Shown here piece by piece: positions 1-9,242 of a stretch of DNA of 64,000 nucleotides. Below the pieces are notes generated by a model that did no database searches, was not told the DNA's origin, and worked only from the letters and a program-made list of their open reading frames with translations. The DNA lies in NCBI GenBank assembly GCA_964573885.1, contig CAZNLL010000001.1:18779-82778 (forward strand), read 5' to 3'. This DNA comes from an uncultured Desulfobacteraceae bacterium. GTDB taxonomy: Bacteria; Desulfobacterota; DSM-4660; Desulfatiglandales; Desulfatiglandaceae. The position numbers were made by a program, and so were the translations under genes. Position 1 is the first letter of the stretch; each line of letters starts with the position of its first letter.

Positions 1-2
1 AC

Positions 3-3000
3 TGGGCCGGGGCCTATGGCGGGAATTCCCTGGTGATTCAATCGGGGGGGCATACGGGGATTGATTTTGCCATGAGCGGCCAGATCCCGGCCGTGACCGT
101 CTCGGGCACGGTTACCTGTCCGGATTATACGGCCGGCGAAATAATGATTGGAGCCTATGACGGTCCTGATCCGGCCGCGGCCCATTGCCTGGGCCGGGTG
201 ACCCTTGCCGGGCCGGGCCCCTATACCCTCGGAAACCTGCCCAAGAACATGTATGTGTGGGTCGGGGCCTTGTGGGACGCGGACGGAAGCGGGGGGGCCA
301 ACTCCGGGGATTACAGCGGGGGCTACGGTGCCAATCCGGTCCTCATCGACGCGGACAGGACGGGCATTGATATTAGCGTGGATGATCCGGTCAATGACGC
401 GCCCGTGGGGGGTTATGACAAGGAAAATATCATTCCCGAGGAAGAAGTCCTTCGTTCCCCTTACGGCACGAACGGGGTGATCACCCTGAATCTCAAGTTC
501 AAGGACACGGAGGCCGATGCCTGCACCCTTTCGGACTTCCAGTATGCCTTTGACGGGGGCAACACCTGGAGATCCCCGGTCAACGGGGATGCCTCCGAGG
601 CCCTGGCCGGTGACTGGCCGGATAACGGGGGAAACGGTTTCGTCTCGGCCCCGGACTGGTCAGGACCGGTGTATAAGGTCACCTTTGACACCAATCACCC
701 GGATATCTTTGCCATGGGATACCGAAAAACCGGGAGCGTGAAATGCCGCTTCAAGGTCCACGACCGCTTTCATGATTCCCCCTGGGTGTACACCCAGGCC
801 TTTACCTCGGATAACGCCCTCCTGGCGTGGTGGAAATTCAATGAGGGAACGGGTAACACCGCCTTTGACGCCACGTGGAGCCATAATCCAGGCGCCATCA
901 CCGGGGCCTCCTGGACCCAGGACCGGTTCGGCGAACCGGGCCGGGCCCTTTCATTTGATGGGACGGACGACCAGGTAAGGGTGCGCGACGGCCGGGCCCT
1001 GGATATCCTGAGGAACTTCACCATTTCGGCGTGGATCAAACCGGCGGATGTGGATACGTGGAATTACCGGTTTATTGCGGGCAAGACCGGTCCCACCGGG
1101 GTGAGCTATGCCCTGATCCAGTATGGCGAAGAGTTCAAGCTCTATGTCTCTTCCGATGGGACATGGTACGACGGGACCGTGATCTCCTCAAATGTCCTGA
1201 CAGCGGGCGAGTGGCAGCTGGTGGCCGGGGTCTATGACGGAAAAGAACTGAGCCTATACCGCAACGGGGTCCTTGTGGAATCTGAGCCCTTTTCTCTCTC
1301 CCTTTACAGGGGGAGTGCACCCTTTGAGGTGGGAAGCGGGTTTATTAACGGCACGGCGGGGCATTACTTCAAGGGGGCCATAGATGACATCCGGCTCCAC
1401 GGCCGGGCCTTGAGTGCCGAAGAGCTCAACCCGGCCATCGTCGACACGGACGGAGACGGCATGGACGATGCCTGGGAGATCGCCCACTTCGGGGATCTCT
1501 CCCATGACGGGACCGGGGACGGCGATTCGGACGGGCTCACAGACCTAAAGGAGTTCCAAAATCAGACCGATCCCAATGATGCGGATACGGACAAGGACGG
1601 TGTGAGCGACGGGGACGAAGTCACCCAGGGCACGGACCCGATTAGTTCGGATACGGACGGGGACGGCTTGACCGACGGGGATGAATTGAATACCTATGGG
1701 ACCGAACCCCTGAACAGGGACACGGATAACGATGGGTTGAGCGACGGGGAAGAGGTCCTGACCTTCAACACCAACCCCCTGGAGCCCTATCATGACTGGG
1801 GCCAAACAGGGGTGGCGGATACCTCCGTGGTCCAAAATATCCTCCAAATCACCCTTAATCCCTATGATGACATGGTTTCCTGCTGGGGGACCTATCCCTG
1901 GGGTCCGGCGGGCGAGTGGATCGCCTACCACGCGGAGATAGAGGGGGGTTCTTCCTCAGACAATGAGATCTGCATCATCCGGTCCGACGGGACGGACCGG
2001 ACCCGGCTCACCTTTAACACGGTCTGTGACAGCCACCCCGGTTTTACGCCCGACGGCCAGCGTATTGTGTTTCAGCGAAGAAGCGATACCGGGTATGGCG
2101 AAATCTGGATCATGGACCGGGACGGGGCCAACCCGGTCAACCTGACCCGGGCCCACGGCGGGCCTGTGTGGGAGGGCTGCTGTGAAAACAAGCCCGTGGT
2201 CAGCCCGGACGGGACCCGGATCGCCTTTCATACCTGCTACATGGACATCTGGGTCATGAATATCGACGGGTCAGATCCCAGGAAAATCTCGGGTAATATT
2301 GATGATTGTACCAAACACACCTGGAGCCCGGACGGTCGCTGGGTCCTCTTTAACGGCTGGGAACCCGATGGGGACGGGTGCAGGATTTTCAAGGCCAGGG
2401 CGGACGGATCGGGTGCGCTGGTCAAGCTCTCGGACGAGTCCCTTTCAGGCCAGTATTCAAACTGGTGTGAGAACTGGGCCTTCTGGAGCCCGGACAGCCT
2501 TTGGATCGCCTACCACGGCCGGTATTATGACGGAGTCACACATATTTATACCCTCGGCATCATGCGGCCCGACGGCACGGACAGGCAGATTCTGGTGGAG
2601 CAGAAAGAGGACCCTGAAGATGTGGATGACTGGGAAGGGGTGTGCGGCCCCAAGTCATGGAGTCCCGATTCCAGGTGGATCGCCTATAAGATGGACAACC
2701 GGGTGGACGCATCCTGCAATATCTTTATCATCAATATCTATACGCACGAGGTGGTCCAGCTCACCAAGGAGTATGTAGACTACCGCCTGTGGTGGAGCCC
2801 GGACGGGTCAAAGATCCTTTTCCGCGATAGAGAGTATCCGCCGGAGGGTGGGTCCCGGGATAGTGTGTTTCCCAATAATCTCCAGGATGACCTGCTCGTG
2901 ATCAATCTCATCCCCGACTTTTCCAAGGTGGACACGGACGGGGACGGTATGCCGGATACGTGGGAGACCTTCTTTTTCGGAGACCTGAGCCGGGACGGTA

Positions 3001-6000
3001 CCGGGGATTTTGACGGGGACGGGCTCTCTGACTTTGAGGAATACCAGCTCACCCTGGATCCCACCAAGGAAGACACGGACGGCGACGGACTCAATGACGG
3101 CGATGAGATCAACACGTACGGCACGGATCCCGGGGCGCCTGACACGGACGGGGACGGTTTGACCGACGGTGATGAATTGAATACCTATGGGACCGAACCC
3201 CTGAACAGGGACACGGATAACGATGGGTTGAGCGACGGGGAAGAGGTCCTGACCTTCAACACCAACCCCCTGGAGCCCTATCATGACTGGGGCCAAACAG
3301 GGGTGGCGGATACCTCCGTGGTCCAAAATATCCTCCAAATCACCCTTAATCCCTATGATGACATGGTTTCCTGCTGGGGGACCTATCCCTGGGGTCCGGC
3401 GGGCGAGTGGATCGCCTACCACGCGGAGATAGAGGGGGGTTCTTCCTCAGACAATGAGATCTGCATCATCCGGTCCGACGGGACGGACCGGACCCGGCTC
3501 ACCTTTAACACGGTCTGTGACAGCCACCCCGGTTTTACGCCCGACGGCCAGCGTATTGTGTTTCAGCGAAGAAGCGATACCGGGTATGGCGAAATCTGGA
3601 TCATGGACCGGGACGGGGCCAACCCGGTCAACCTGACCCGGGCCCACGGCGGGCCTGTGTGGGAGGGCTGCTGTGAAAACAAGCCCGTGGTCAGCCCGGA
3701 CGGGACCCGGATCGCCTTTCACACCTGCTATATGGACATCTGGGTCATGAATATCGACGGATCAGATCCCAGGAGGGTATCGGGCAATCTCTACGAATGC
3801 ACCAAACATACCTGGAGCCCGGACGGGCGGTGGGTTCTCTTTAACGGGTGGGAACCCAACGGGGATGGATGCCGGATTTTCAAGACCAAGGCGGACGGAT
3901 CAGGCGTGCCGGTCAAGCTTTCGGACGAATCCCTTTCAAGCCAGTTTGAAAGTTGGTGTGAGAACTGGGGCTTCTGGAGCCCGGACGGCCTGTGGATCGC
4001 CTACCACGGCCGGTATTATGACGGGGTGACGAATTACTATACCTTGAGCATTATGCGGCCCGACGGGACAGACAGACAGATCCTGGTAGAGCAGAGTGCG
4101 GGGGAAGTCCTGGCAGAGCAGGACTCTGTCACGGGTTATACGTGGGAAAATGTGTGCGGCCCCAAGTCCTGGAGCCCGGACTCCAGGTGGATCACCTTTA
4201 AAATGGAAAACGTGGACGGGTCCATAAATATCTTTATCATCAACATCTATACTTTCGAGACGGTTCAGCTCACCAAGGACTATCAGGACTACCGCCTGTG
4301 GTGGAGCCCGGACGGGTCAAAGATCCTTTTCCGCGACCGGTCCTCTTTCAGCCGGGATAGTGTGTTTCCCAATAATCTCCAGGATGATCTGCTCGTGGTC
4401 AATCTCATCCCTGACTTTTCCCAGGTGGATACCGACGGAGACGGTATGCCGGATACCTGGGAGATCTTCTTTTTCGGGGACCTGAGCCGGGACGGTACCG
4501 GCGATTTTGACGGCGACGGGCTGTCCGATTTGGAGGAATACCTGGGCACCACGGATCCCACAAAACAAGACACGGACGAAGACGGCCTCAATGACGGCGA
4601 CGAGGTCCACACGTACGGCACGGATCCCCTGGAACCTGACACGGACGGGGACGGCCTGAATGACGGGGATGAAGTGAACACGTACGGCACCGATCCCCTG
4701 GACCGTGACACGGACGGTGACAGTCTCCCCGACGGGTATGAGCCGGCCGTGGGGCTTGATCCCCTGGATCCCGCCGATGTATTCAGCCAGCAGATCCTGT
4801 ATGCGGCGGACCGGGTGAGCAACCTCCACGTGGTGGATCACCACACGGGCAAGGCCTACCTGGTCGGGCCCCTGGGCACCGGCTATGTGAGTTCCATGTC
4901 CTTTAATCCCCTCACAGGGGGTCTCTTCGCAGGCATTGGGAACCGCGGCAATGCGGGGTGTGTGTACACCGTGGATCCTCTGACGGGACAGGCCACCCTG
5001 GTGGGGTGTGACTATGTGGACTCGGGCTACGCCATCGCAGGCATGGATTTCCGCTCAGACGGGGTCCTCTTCGGGTATTACGAGGCCGGGGACGGCCTGG
5101 CCACCATTGATCCCCTCACAGGGGCCGCCACATTTCTGGGATATAGCGGGCTTGATTGCTGTGGTAACGGGATCGACTTTGACCCCGATGATGTCCTCTT
5201 TCATGCCAATGAAGACGGGCTTTCCACCCTGGATCAGATCACCGGGGTGGGAACCTTCTTAACCCCCTTCAATTACATCGGGTTCCCGGCCCTGAATGAT
5301 CCGGTATTCAACGCCCTCTCCTTTGACCAGAACGGGATCCTTTACGGGACCCTCCATGACGGGGGCCAGGGATCGGGGGCCTCGGGTCCCACCTACCTGG
5401 CCACCATTGACACGGCCACCGGGGATGCCACCCTTGTGGGGGAGACCAAGTTCGACCTCTCCGCCCTGGCCTGGAGCAACTGGATTGATTCAGACGGGGA
5501 CGGCATGCCGGATGTCTGGGAAAAACGCTACTTCGGTGATCTTTCCCATGACGGCACCGGCGATACAGACTCAGACGGGCTCACGGACCTGGAGGAATTC
5601 CATAAAAGAACGGATCCCACGGAGCCTGATACGGACGGGGACGGGTATTATGACGGAGAAGAGGTCCGTCTGGGGAGCGACCCCGCCGATGCCTCCAGTT
5701 ATCCCGTGTACAATGCGGGCACCTACTGGGCGAGTATAGACACGGGCGACGACATCCTGGGTGAGGGTACCCAGGCCAGCCCGTGGAAGACCCTTCACCA
5801 TACCCTGAAGCGGGTGAACCAGGGGGAATCGGGCCCCTACGAGGTCCATGTGGAATCCGGAACCTACAGTGCGGCAAAGGGCGAGCAGTTCCCCTTGGTC
5901 ATTACCCAGCCCAACGTAACCCTCCTGGGAGTCAAGGAGAGCCCCGCGGTATTAACAAACCTGGCGGAAGCCGTTTGGGATTTGGGTGTAAGTATTAACG

Positions 6001-8387
6001 CCTCCAACGTGCACCTGAGAGACCTGGAGATAACGGGTTTTCTCTGCGGGGTTTATATTGCTCAAGGCACTGGTAGCGGGATTGCCCGGTGCCGGCTGGA
6101 TCAAAACAGTGAATACGGAATCTACATGACCGCGGGGACCGGAGGCAACGCCATTCAGGGGTGTGAGGTCTCCCGGACCGGGATGGTCGGAATTTCCATA
6201 GAAGGAAGCCATGGAAATCAGATCACCGGGTCGACCATTTACAATAACGGCTCGCCCGAGATCCGGGGAGTGGGCCTGGAGATCATTTGCGGGGCCGATA
6301 ACAACCTGGTTTCAGAGAACGAGATTTACTGGTCCGGGGACCCTGACCATCCCCAGATGACAGGCATTTCCCTTTACCAGGCCGGGTCCGGAACCCAGGT
6401 GGCCCAAAATACCATCCGTAACCACAGTGGCCCGGATTCTGACGGGATCCATGTGGAAGGGTGGAACCCGGTCATTGAAGGGAACACCCTTTTTGACAAT
6501 ACCTTCGGGATCTCGGTGGTGGGTTATGGGGACGAGACGGCCTCCCCCTTTATTGTCAATAACCTCATCTATGAGAAGACCCCCGGGGTGGTGGCCTATG
6601 CAATGATTATAGGCAGCTATGACGTAAGCGTGGTGAATCCCAAGGTCTATCACAACACTATGGACGGGGGGGCCTATGAAGGCGTAGCCGTGGAAGTTTA
6701 CGGGAGCCAGGCCCCGACCCCGAGTCCGGAGATCAAGTACAATATCATCACCAACTTTGACCAGTACGGGATTGGGAACAGCGGCGGAAACCCCGACATA
6801 GACTACAACGATGTCTGGAACAACGCCGGCGGCAACTATTCCGGGTGTTCCGCCGGCCCCAACGACCTCTCTCAGGATCCCTTGTTTTCGGAAGGGGGGG
6901 GATATTCCCTTCAGCCCGGATCCCCCTGTATCGACGTCATTCCGGCGCCGGAAACCACCATTGACCCCGTGGGCGTGGATATTTTGGGCTATGCCCGGCC
7001 CAAGGGTCTGGGATTTGACATGGGGGCCTATGAGTACGTAGCACCGGTCACCTACGACTATACCCTCCCCGGGGGCACCGGCCAGGTCACGGACTACAGG
7101 CTTTTCACCGTGCCCGTGGACCTGGGGACCGGCGCGGATCTCCTGGCCGCCATGGAGGCCCAACTGGGCCCCTACAATCCCTCCCTGTGGCGGGTATTCG
7201 GGTGGAACGGTGTGGACTATGTGGAGATCAATGACCCGGCCTTTGCCTCTTTTCCGGTGGGGCCGGGGGATGCCTTTTGGATCATCAGCCTGGATCCCTC
7301 CGCACTTCCCTTTGAGGGCTTTCCCTGTCCGGAAAGACGCCTCTTTAAGAAACATCTGGGCCTGGAATGGAGCCTTTTCAGCCTGCCCTGGCCCGGGACG
7401 GACCTGGCCTTGGGAAATATAGCGGTCACCGATGGGGCAAGGACCTATTGGATCACGAGTCCCCAGAACCCCTTCACAGACCTCTGTATCTGGTCGTATA
7501 CCGGAGAGGGACCCTATGACGGTTATGTCAAGCTGGAATCCCCCGGAGACCTGGTAAAGGCGGGGATAGGCTACTGGATCAAGGTGACCGTTCCTTTCGC
7601 AGTGGATCTCCTCATCCCCCCCGACAACCCCCAGGTCCTCGTGGACACCACCGTAACCGTTCCCGGGGGCGGCGGCTCTGCAAATGTCCCGTTAAACGGC
7701 CAATCAGGAGAGGTGATCCATGTGGCCCTGACCGCCTCTTCAGCCCTGTGCCCTTATGGGTATCTCGAATTTCCTGATGGGGACGGCAAGTACTGGCCCT
7801 TGAATGATACCTGCCAGGGAGGGCTCAATTCAGCCTCCCTGCGACTCTCCCAGACCGGGGCCTACACCCTGACCGTTTTTGACGGCAATAATGTGGGCGG
7901 AAATGTGGATGTTCATATTACAAGCGGTTATATTCAGGCCGAAATCAAAGGAGCAGCGCCGGCAATAGAGACGGTCCGGGAGACTGAGGAAACGCCTCCG
8001 CCCCCTCCGGGTAAAATCGGCGGGGGTGGGGCCTCGGCAGGAGGCGGGGGCGGATGTTTCATTGCCACGGCCGCCTACGGCTCCTTGCTCCATCCACATG
8101 TCAAGCTTTTGCGGGACTTCCGGGATGCCTACCTCATGACCACCGAGGCGGGAAGGGACCTGGTGGGCCTCTATTACCGCACCAGTCCGCCCCTGGCCGA
8201 ATGGATCGCCCAAAAGGCCCCGCTGAAATACATGACCCGAATGCTCCTGATCCCGGCCGTGGGATACAGCGCCTTCATGCTCTATACAGGCACAGGCCTG
8301 AAGATCCTTATCTTGCTGACCCTGGTGGCGGCCTTGGCAGGGATGGTAGGGCGGCGGGCCTTTCGGACCCCCAAGGTGAGGGGTTAG
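3..8387 (+). CDS. Giant secreted/cell-surface multidomain protein whose 5' end lies outside the window (at least 2794 aa). It has a LamG-like lectin domain, thrombospondin type-3-like DxDxDG calcium repeat blocks, two TolB/PD40-type beta-propeller modules, a third propeller-like module, a right-handed parallel beta-helix and a C-terminal CFIATAAYGS hydrophobic tail
   Basis: The frame is open from the window edge; the codons before the GTG at 33 contain no stop. LamG-like signature: LAWWKFNEGTGNTAFD...ALSFDG..D.V.V....L...NFTISAWIKP...IDDIRLHGRALSAEEL (about nt 810-1430). DTDGDG(L/M)xDGxE repeats lie at about 1440-1790, 2930-3290, 4430-4740 and 5480-5690. PD40-like WSPDG/SPDG(T/S)xIAF repeats lie at about 1830-2920 and 3320-4400. 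The beta-helix repeats (NxIxGNxI-type turns, about 5750-6930) follow. The C-terminus reads GGGCFIATAAYGS...LRDFRD plus two hydrophobic helices (8055-8384). Confidence 0.85.
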   Translation, partial: WAGAYGGNSLVIQSGGHTGIDFAMSGQIPAVTVSGTVTCPDYTAGEIMIGAYDGPDPAAAHCLGRVTLAGPGPYTLGNLPKNMYVWVGALWDADGSGGANSGDYSGGYGANPVLIDADRTGIDISVDDPVNDAPVGGYDKENIIPEEEVLRSPYGTNGVITLNLKFKDTEADACTLSDFQYAFDGGNTWRSPVNGDASEALAGDWPDNGGNGFVSAPDWSGPVYKVTFDTNHPDIFAMGYRKTGSVKCRFKVHDRFHDSPWVYTQAFTSDNALLAWWKFNEGTGNTAFDATWSHNPGAITGASWTQDRFGEPGRALSFDGTDDQVRVRDGRALDILRNFTISAWIKPADVDTWNYRFIAGKTGPTGVSYALIQYGEEFKLYVSSDGTWYDGTVISSNVLTAGEWQLVAGVYDGKELSLYRNGVLVESEPFSLSLYRGSAPFEVGSGFINGTAGHYFKGAIDDIRLHGRALSAEELNPAIVDTDGDGMDDAWEIAHFGDLSHDGTGDGDSDGLTDLKEFQNQTDPNDADTDKDGVSDGDEVTQGTDPISSDTDGDGLTDGDELNTYGTEPLNRDTDNDGLSDGEEVLTFNTNPLEPYHDWGQTGVADTSVVQNILQITLNPYDDMVSCWGTYPWGPAGEWIAYHAEIEGGSSSDNEICIIRSDGTDRTRLTFNTVCDSHPGFTPDGQRIVFQRRSDTGYGEIWIMDRDGANPVNLTRAHGGPVWEGCCENKPVVSPDGTRIAFHTCYMDIWVMNIDGSDPRKISGNIDDCTKHTWSPDGRWVLFNGWEPDGDGCRIFKARADGSGALVKLSDESLSGQYSNWCENWAFWSPDSLWIAYHGRYYDGVTHIYTLGIMRPDGTDRQILVEQKEDPEDVDDWEGVCGPKSWSPDSRWIAYKMDNRVDASCNIFIINIYTHEVVQLTKEYVDYRLWWSPDGSKILFRDREYPPEGGSRDSVFPNNLQDDLLVINLIPDFSKVDTDGDGMPDTWETFFFGDLSRDGTGDFDGDGLSDFEEYQLTLDPTKEDTDGDGLNDGDEINTYGTDPGAPDTDGDGLTDGDELNTYGTEPLNRDTDNDGLSDGEEVLTFNTNPLEPYHDWGQTGVADTSVVQNILQITLNPYDDMVSCWGTYPWGPAGEWIAYHAEIEGGSSSDNEICIIRSDGTDRTRLTFNTVCDSHPGFTPDGQRIVFQRRSDTGYGEIWIMDRDGANPVNLTRAHGGPVWEGCCENKPVVSPDGTRIAFHTCYMDIWVMNIDGSDPRRVSGNLYECTKHTWSPDGRWVLFNGWEPNGDGCRIFKTKADGSGVPVKLSDESLSSQFESWCENWGFWSPDGLWIAYHGRYYDGVTNYYTLSIMRPDGTDRQILVEQSAGEVLAEQDSVTGYTWENVCGPKSWSPDSRWITFKMENVDGSINIFIINIYTFETVQLTKDYQDYRLWWSPDGSKILFRDRSSFSRDSVFPNNLQDDLLVVNLIPDFSQVDTDGDGMPDTWEIFFFGDLSRDGTGDFDGDGLSDLEEYLGTTDPTKQDTDEDGLNDGDEVHTYGTDPLEPDTDGDGLNDGDEVNTYGTDPLDRDTDGDSLPDGYEPAVGLDPLDPADVFSQQILYAADRVSNLHVVDHHTGKAYLVGPLGTGYVSSMSFNPLTGGLFAGIGNRGNAGCVYTVDPLTGQATLVGCDYVDSGYAIAGMDFRSDGVLFGYYEAGDGLATIDPLTGAATFLGYSGLDCCGNGIDFDPDDVLFHANEDGLSTLDQITGVGTFLTPFNYIGFPALNDPVFNALSFDQNGILYGTLHDGGQGSGASGPTYLATIDTATGDATLVGETKFDLSALAWSNWIDSDGDGMPDVWEKRYFGDLSHDGTGDTDSDGLTDLEEFHKRTDPTEPDTDGDGYYDGEEVRLGSDPADASSYPVYNAGTYWASIDTGDDILGEGTQASPWKTLHHTLKRVNQGESGPYEVHVESGTYSAAKGEQFPLVITQPNVTLLGVKESPAVLTNLAEAVWDLGVSINASNVHLRDLEITGFLCGVYIAQGTGSGIARCRLDQNSEYGIYMTAGTGGNAIQGCEVSRTGMVGISIEGSHGNQITGSTIYNNGSPEIRGVGLEIICGADNNLVSENEIYWSGDPDHPQMTGISLYQAGSGTQVAQNTIRNHSGPDSDGIHVEGWNPVIEGNTLFDNTFGISVVGYGDETASPFIVNNLIYEKTPGVVAYAMIIGSYDVSVVNPKVYHNTMDGGAYEGVAVEVYGSQAPTPSPEIKYNIITNFDQYGIGNSGGNPDIDYNDVWNNAGGNYSGCSAGPNDLSQDPLFSEGGGYSLQPGSPCIDVIPAPETTIDPVGVDILGYARPKGLGFDMGAYEYVAPVTYDYTLPGGTGQVTDYRLFTVPVDLGTGADLLAAMEAQLGPYNPSLWRVFGWNGVDYVEINDPAFASFPVGPGDAFWIISLDPSALPFEGFPCPERRLFKKHLGLEWSLFSLPWPGTDLALGNIAVTDGARTYWITSPQNPFTDLCIWSYTGEGPYDGYVKLESPGDLVKAGIGYWIKVTVPFAVDLLIPPDNPQVLVDTTVTVPGGGGSANVPLNGQSGEVIHVALTASSALCPYGYLEFPDGDGKYWPLNDTCQGGLNSASLRLSQTGAYTLTVFDGNNVGGNVDVHITSGYIQAEIKGAAPAIETVRETEETPPPPPGKIGGGGASAGGGGGCFIATAAYGSLLHPHVKLLRDFRDAYLMTTEAGRDLVGLYYRTSPPLAEWIAQKAPLKYMTRMLLIPAVGYSAFMLYTGTGLKILILLTLVAALAGMVGRRAFRTPKVRG
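1680..2230. repeat. Copy 1 of a 551-bp perfect direct repeat (partner 3171-3721)
   Basis: Comparing 1680-2230 with 3171-3721 line by line by eye shows no mismatch. The first differences flank the block (1678/3169 upstream, 2231/3722 downstream). Confidence 0.85.
3171..3721. repeat. Copy 2 of the 551-bp perfect direct repeat (partner 1680-2230)
   Basis: Same comparison as for copy 1. The sequence after 3721 is only roughly 80-90 percent similar by eye to the region after 2230. Confidence 0.85.
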
Positions 8388-8393
8388 ACAAAA

Positions 8394-8431
8394 AGACCTC
8401 CCGGGGATCTTAAGAGGTCCCCGGGAGGTCT
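8394..8431 (-). terminator. Strong hairpin between convergent genes. It is a canonical intrinsic terminator for the minus-strand dch operon and a hairpin without a U-tract for the giant gene
   Basis: Arms AGACCTCCCGGGGA (8394-8407) and TCCCCGGGAGGTCT (8418-8431) are perfectly complementary over 14 bp. On the minus strand the stem is followed by TTTTTG. Confidence 0.75.
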
Positions 8432-8451
8432 GGACTTGTAAGTTAAAAGGT

Positions 8452-9219
8452 CTATTCGTTACGCCATTCGGGCTTCCTCTTGTCCAGGAAGGCCTGAAGC
8501 CCCTCGGTGGCGTCCCGGGTCTTCATCAGTTCATCCAGGTAGACCTCTTCAATCTTTTTAAGAGAAGGCTCGAAATCGTCCATAAGGCCCACCCGGATGG
8601 CCTTCTTGGTTTTTCTCAAGACCTCCGCACTCAGTTTGAGATAGGGCTTTACGAATTCCCCGGTGGCCGATGCCAGATCTTCCTCGGCCACCACCTTGTT
8701 GACCAGACCCATTTCCCGGGCCTCCTGGGCGGAAATGGTCTTTCCCGACAGGATAAGCTCCATGGCGGCCTTTCTGCCCATGATGCGGGGCAGGATCTGG
8801 GCGGCAATGGGAGGAAAAACACCCACCTGGATCTCGGGTTGTCCAAATTTGGCCCCCTCAGAGGCAAGGACCAGGTCACAGAAGACCGCCAGCTCACACC
8901 CGCCCCCCAGGCACGAGCCGCGCACCGAAGAGGCCGAGGGAACATCCAGACCGTCCAGGAGACGAAACATGTCGTGAAAGATGCCGATCATCTTGGGGGC
9001 CAGGTCTCCCATGTGCTCCCCCACGTCCACGCCCGCGGAAAAACATTTGCCCTTTCCTTGAAAGAGCACCACCTTGAGATCCTGTTTACCCTGCCACGCC
9101 CTGAGCTGGTTGTTGATTTCCTCCATCATGGCCATGTTGAGCACGTTGACCGGCGGTCGATTCAGGGTAATGATGCCCAGGCCGTCCTTGAAATCGCTTT
9201 CAATATACTGATAACTCAT
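8452..9219 (-). CDS. dch: Enoyl-CoA hydratase (crotonase) family protein, probably cyclohexa-1,5-diene-1-carbonyl-CoA hydratase
   Basis: 255 aa with a crotonase fold (ITLNRPPVNVLN, GKCFSAGVDVGEH, GGGCELA). It is the last gene of the SDR-had-oah-dch operon. Size matches Dch/BamR (about 28 kDa). RBS GGAGGGGAG precedes the ATG. Confidence 0.65.
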   Translation of the reverse strand: MSYQYIESDFKDGLGIITLNRPPVNVLNMAMMEEINNQLRAWQGKQDLKVVLFQGKGKCFSAGVDVGEHMGDLAPKMIGIFHDMFRLLDGLDVPSASSVRGSCLGGGCELAVFCDLVLASEGAKFGQPEIQVGVFPPIAAQILPRIMGRKAAMELILSGKTISAQEAREMGLVNKVVAEEDLASATGEFVKPYLKLSAEVLRKTKKAIRVGLMDDFEPSLKKIEEVYLDELMKTRDATEGLQAFLDKRKPEWRNE

Positions 9220-9242
9220 GGTAATGATCTCCCCTCCGTCCC

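Larger units (their letters stand above)
1650..4640. repeat. In-frame tandem duplication inside the giant gene. The unit is about 1491 nt (497 aa) and covers a TSP3-like block plus a beta-propeller. Boundaries are approximate
   Basis: Protein segments DGLTDGDELNTYGTEPLNRDTDNDGLSDGEEVLTFNTNPLEPYHDWGQTGV... occur twice. The ORF-track antisense ORFs at 1956-2231 and 3447-3722 are identical and offset by exactly 1491 nt. Confidence 0.9.

Noticed and set aside
1440-5690. Regularly recurring short DNA motifs (gacacggacggggacgg...) that could be mistaken for a CRISPR-like or minisatellite array
   Set aside because: They are in-frame codons for DTDGDG calcium-binding repeats within one ORF. Spacing and sequence are irregular at the DNA level, and there is no repeat-spacer architecture.
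6312-7355. A 347-aa antisense ORF, plus many other 60-200-aa ORFs such as 2808-3422 and 4289-4844, inside the giant gene
   Set aside because: They lie fully inside and antisense or out of frame to a long, motif-rich coding frame. Their products are low-complexity, Gly/Pro/Arg/His-rich sequences typical of spurious frames in GC-rich DNA. The duplicated ones (1956-2231 and 3447-3722) simply mirror the sense-strand repeat.
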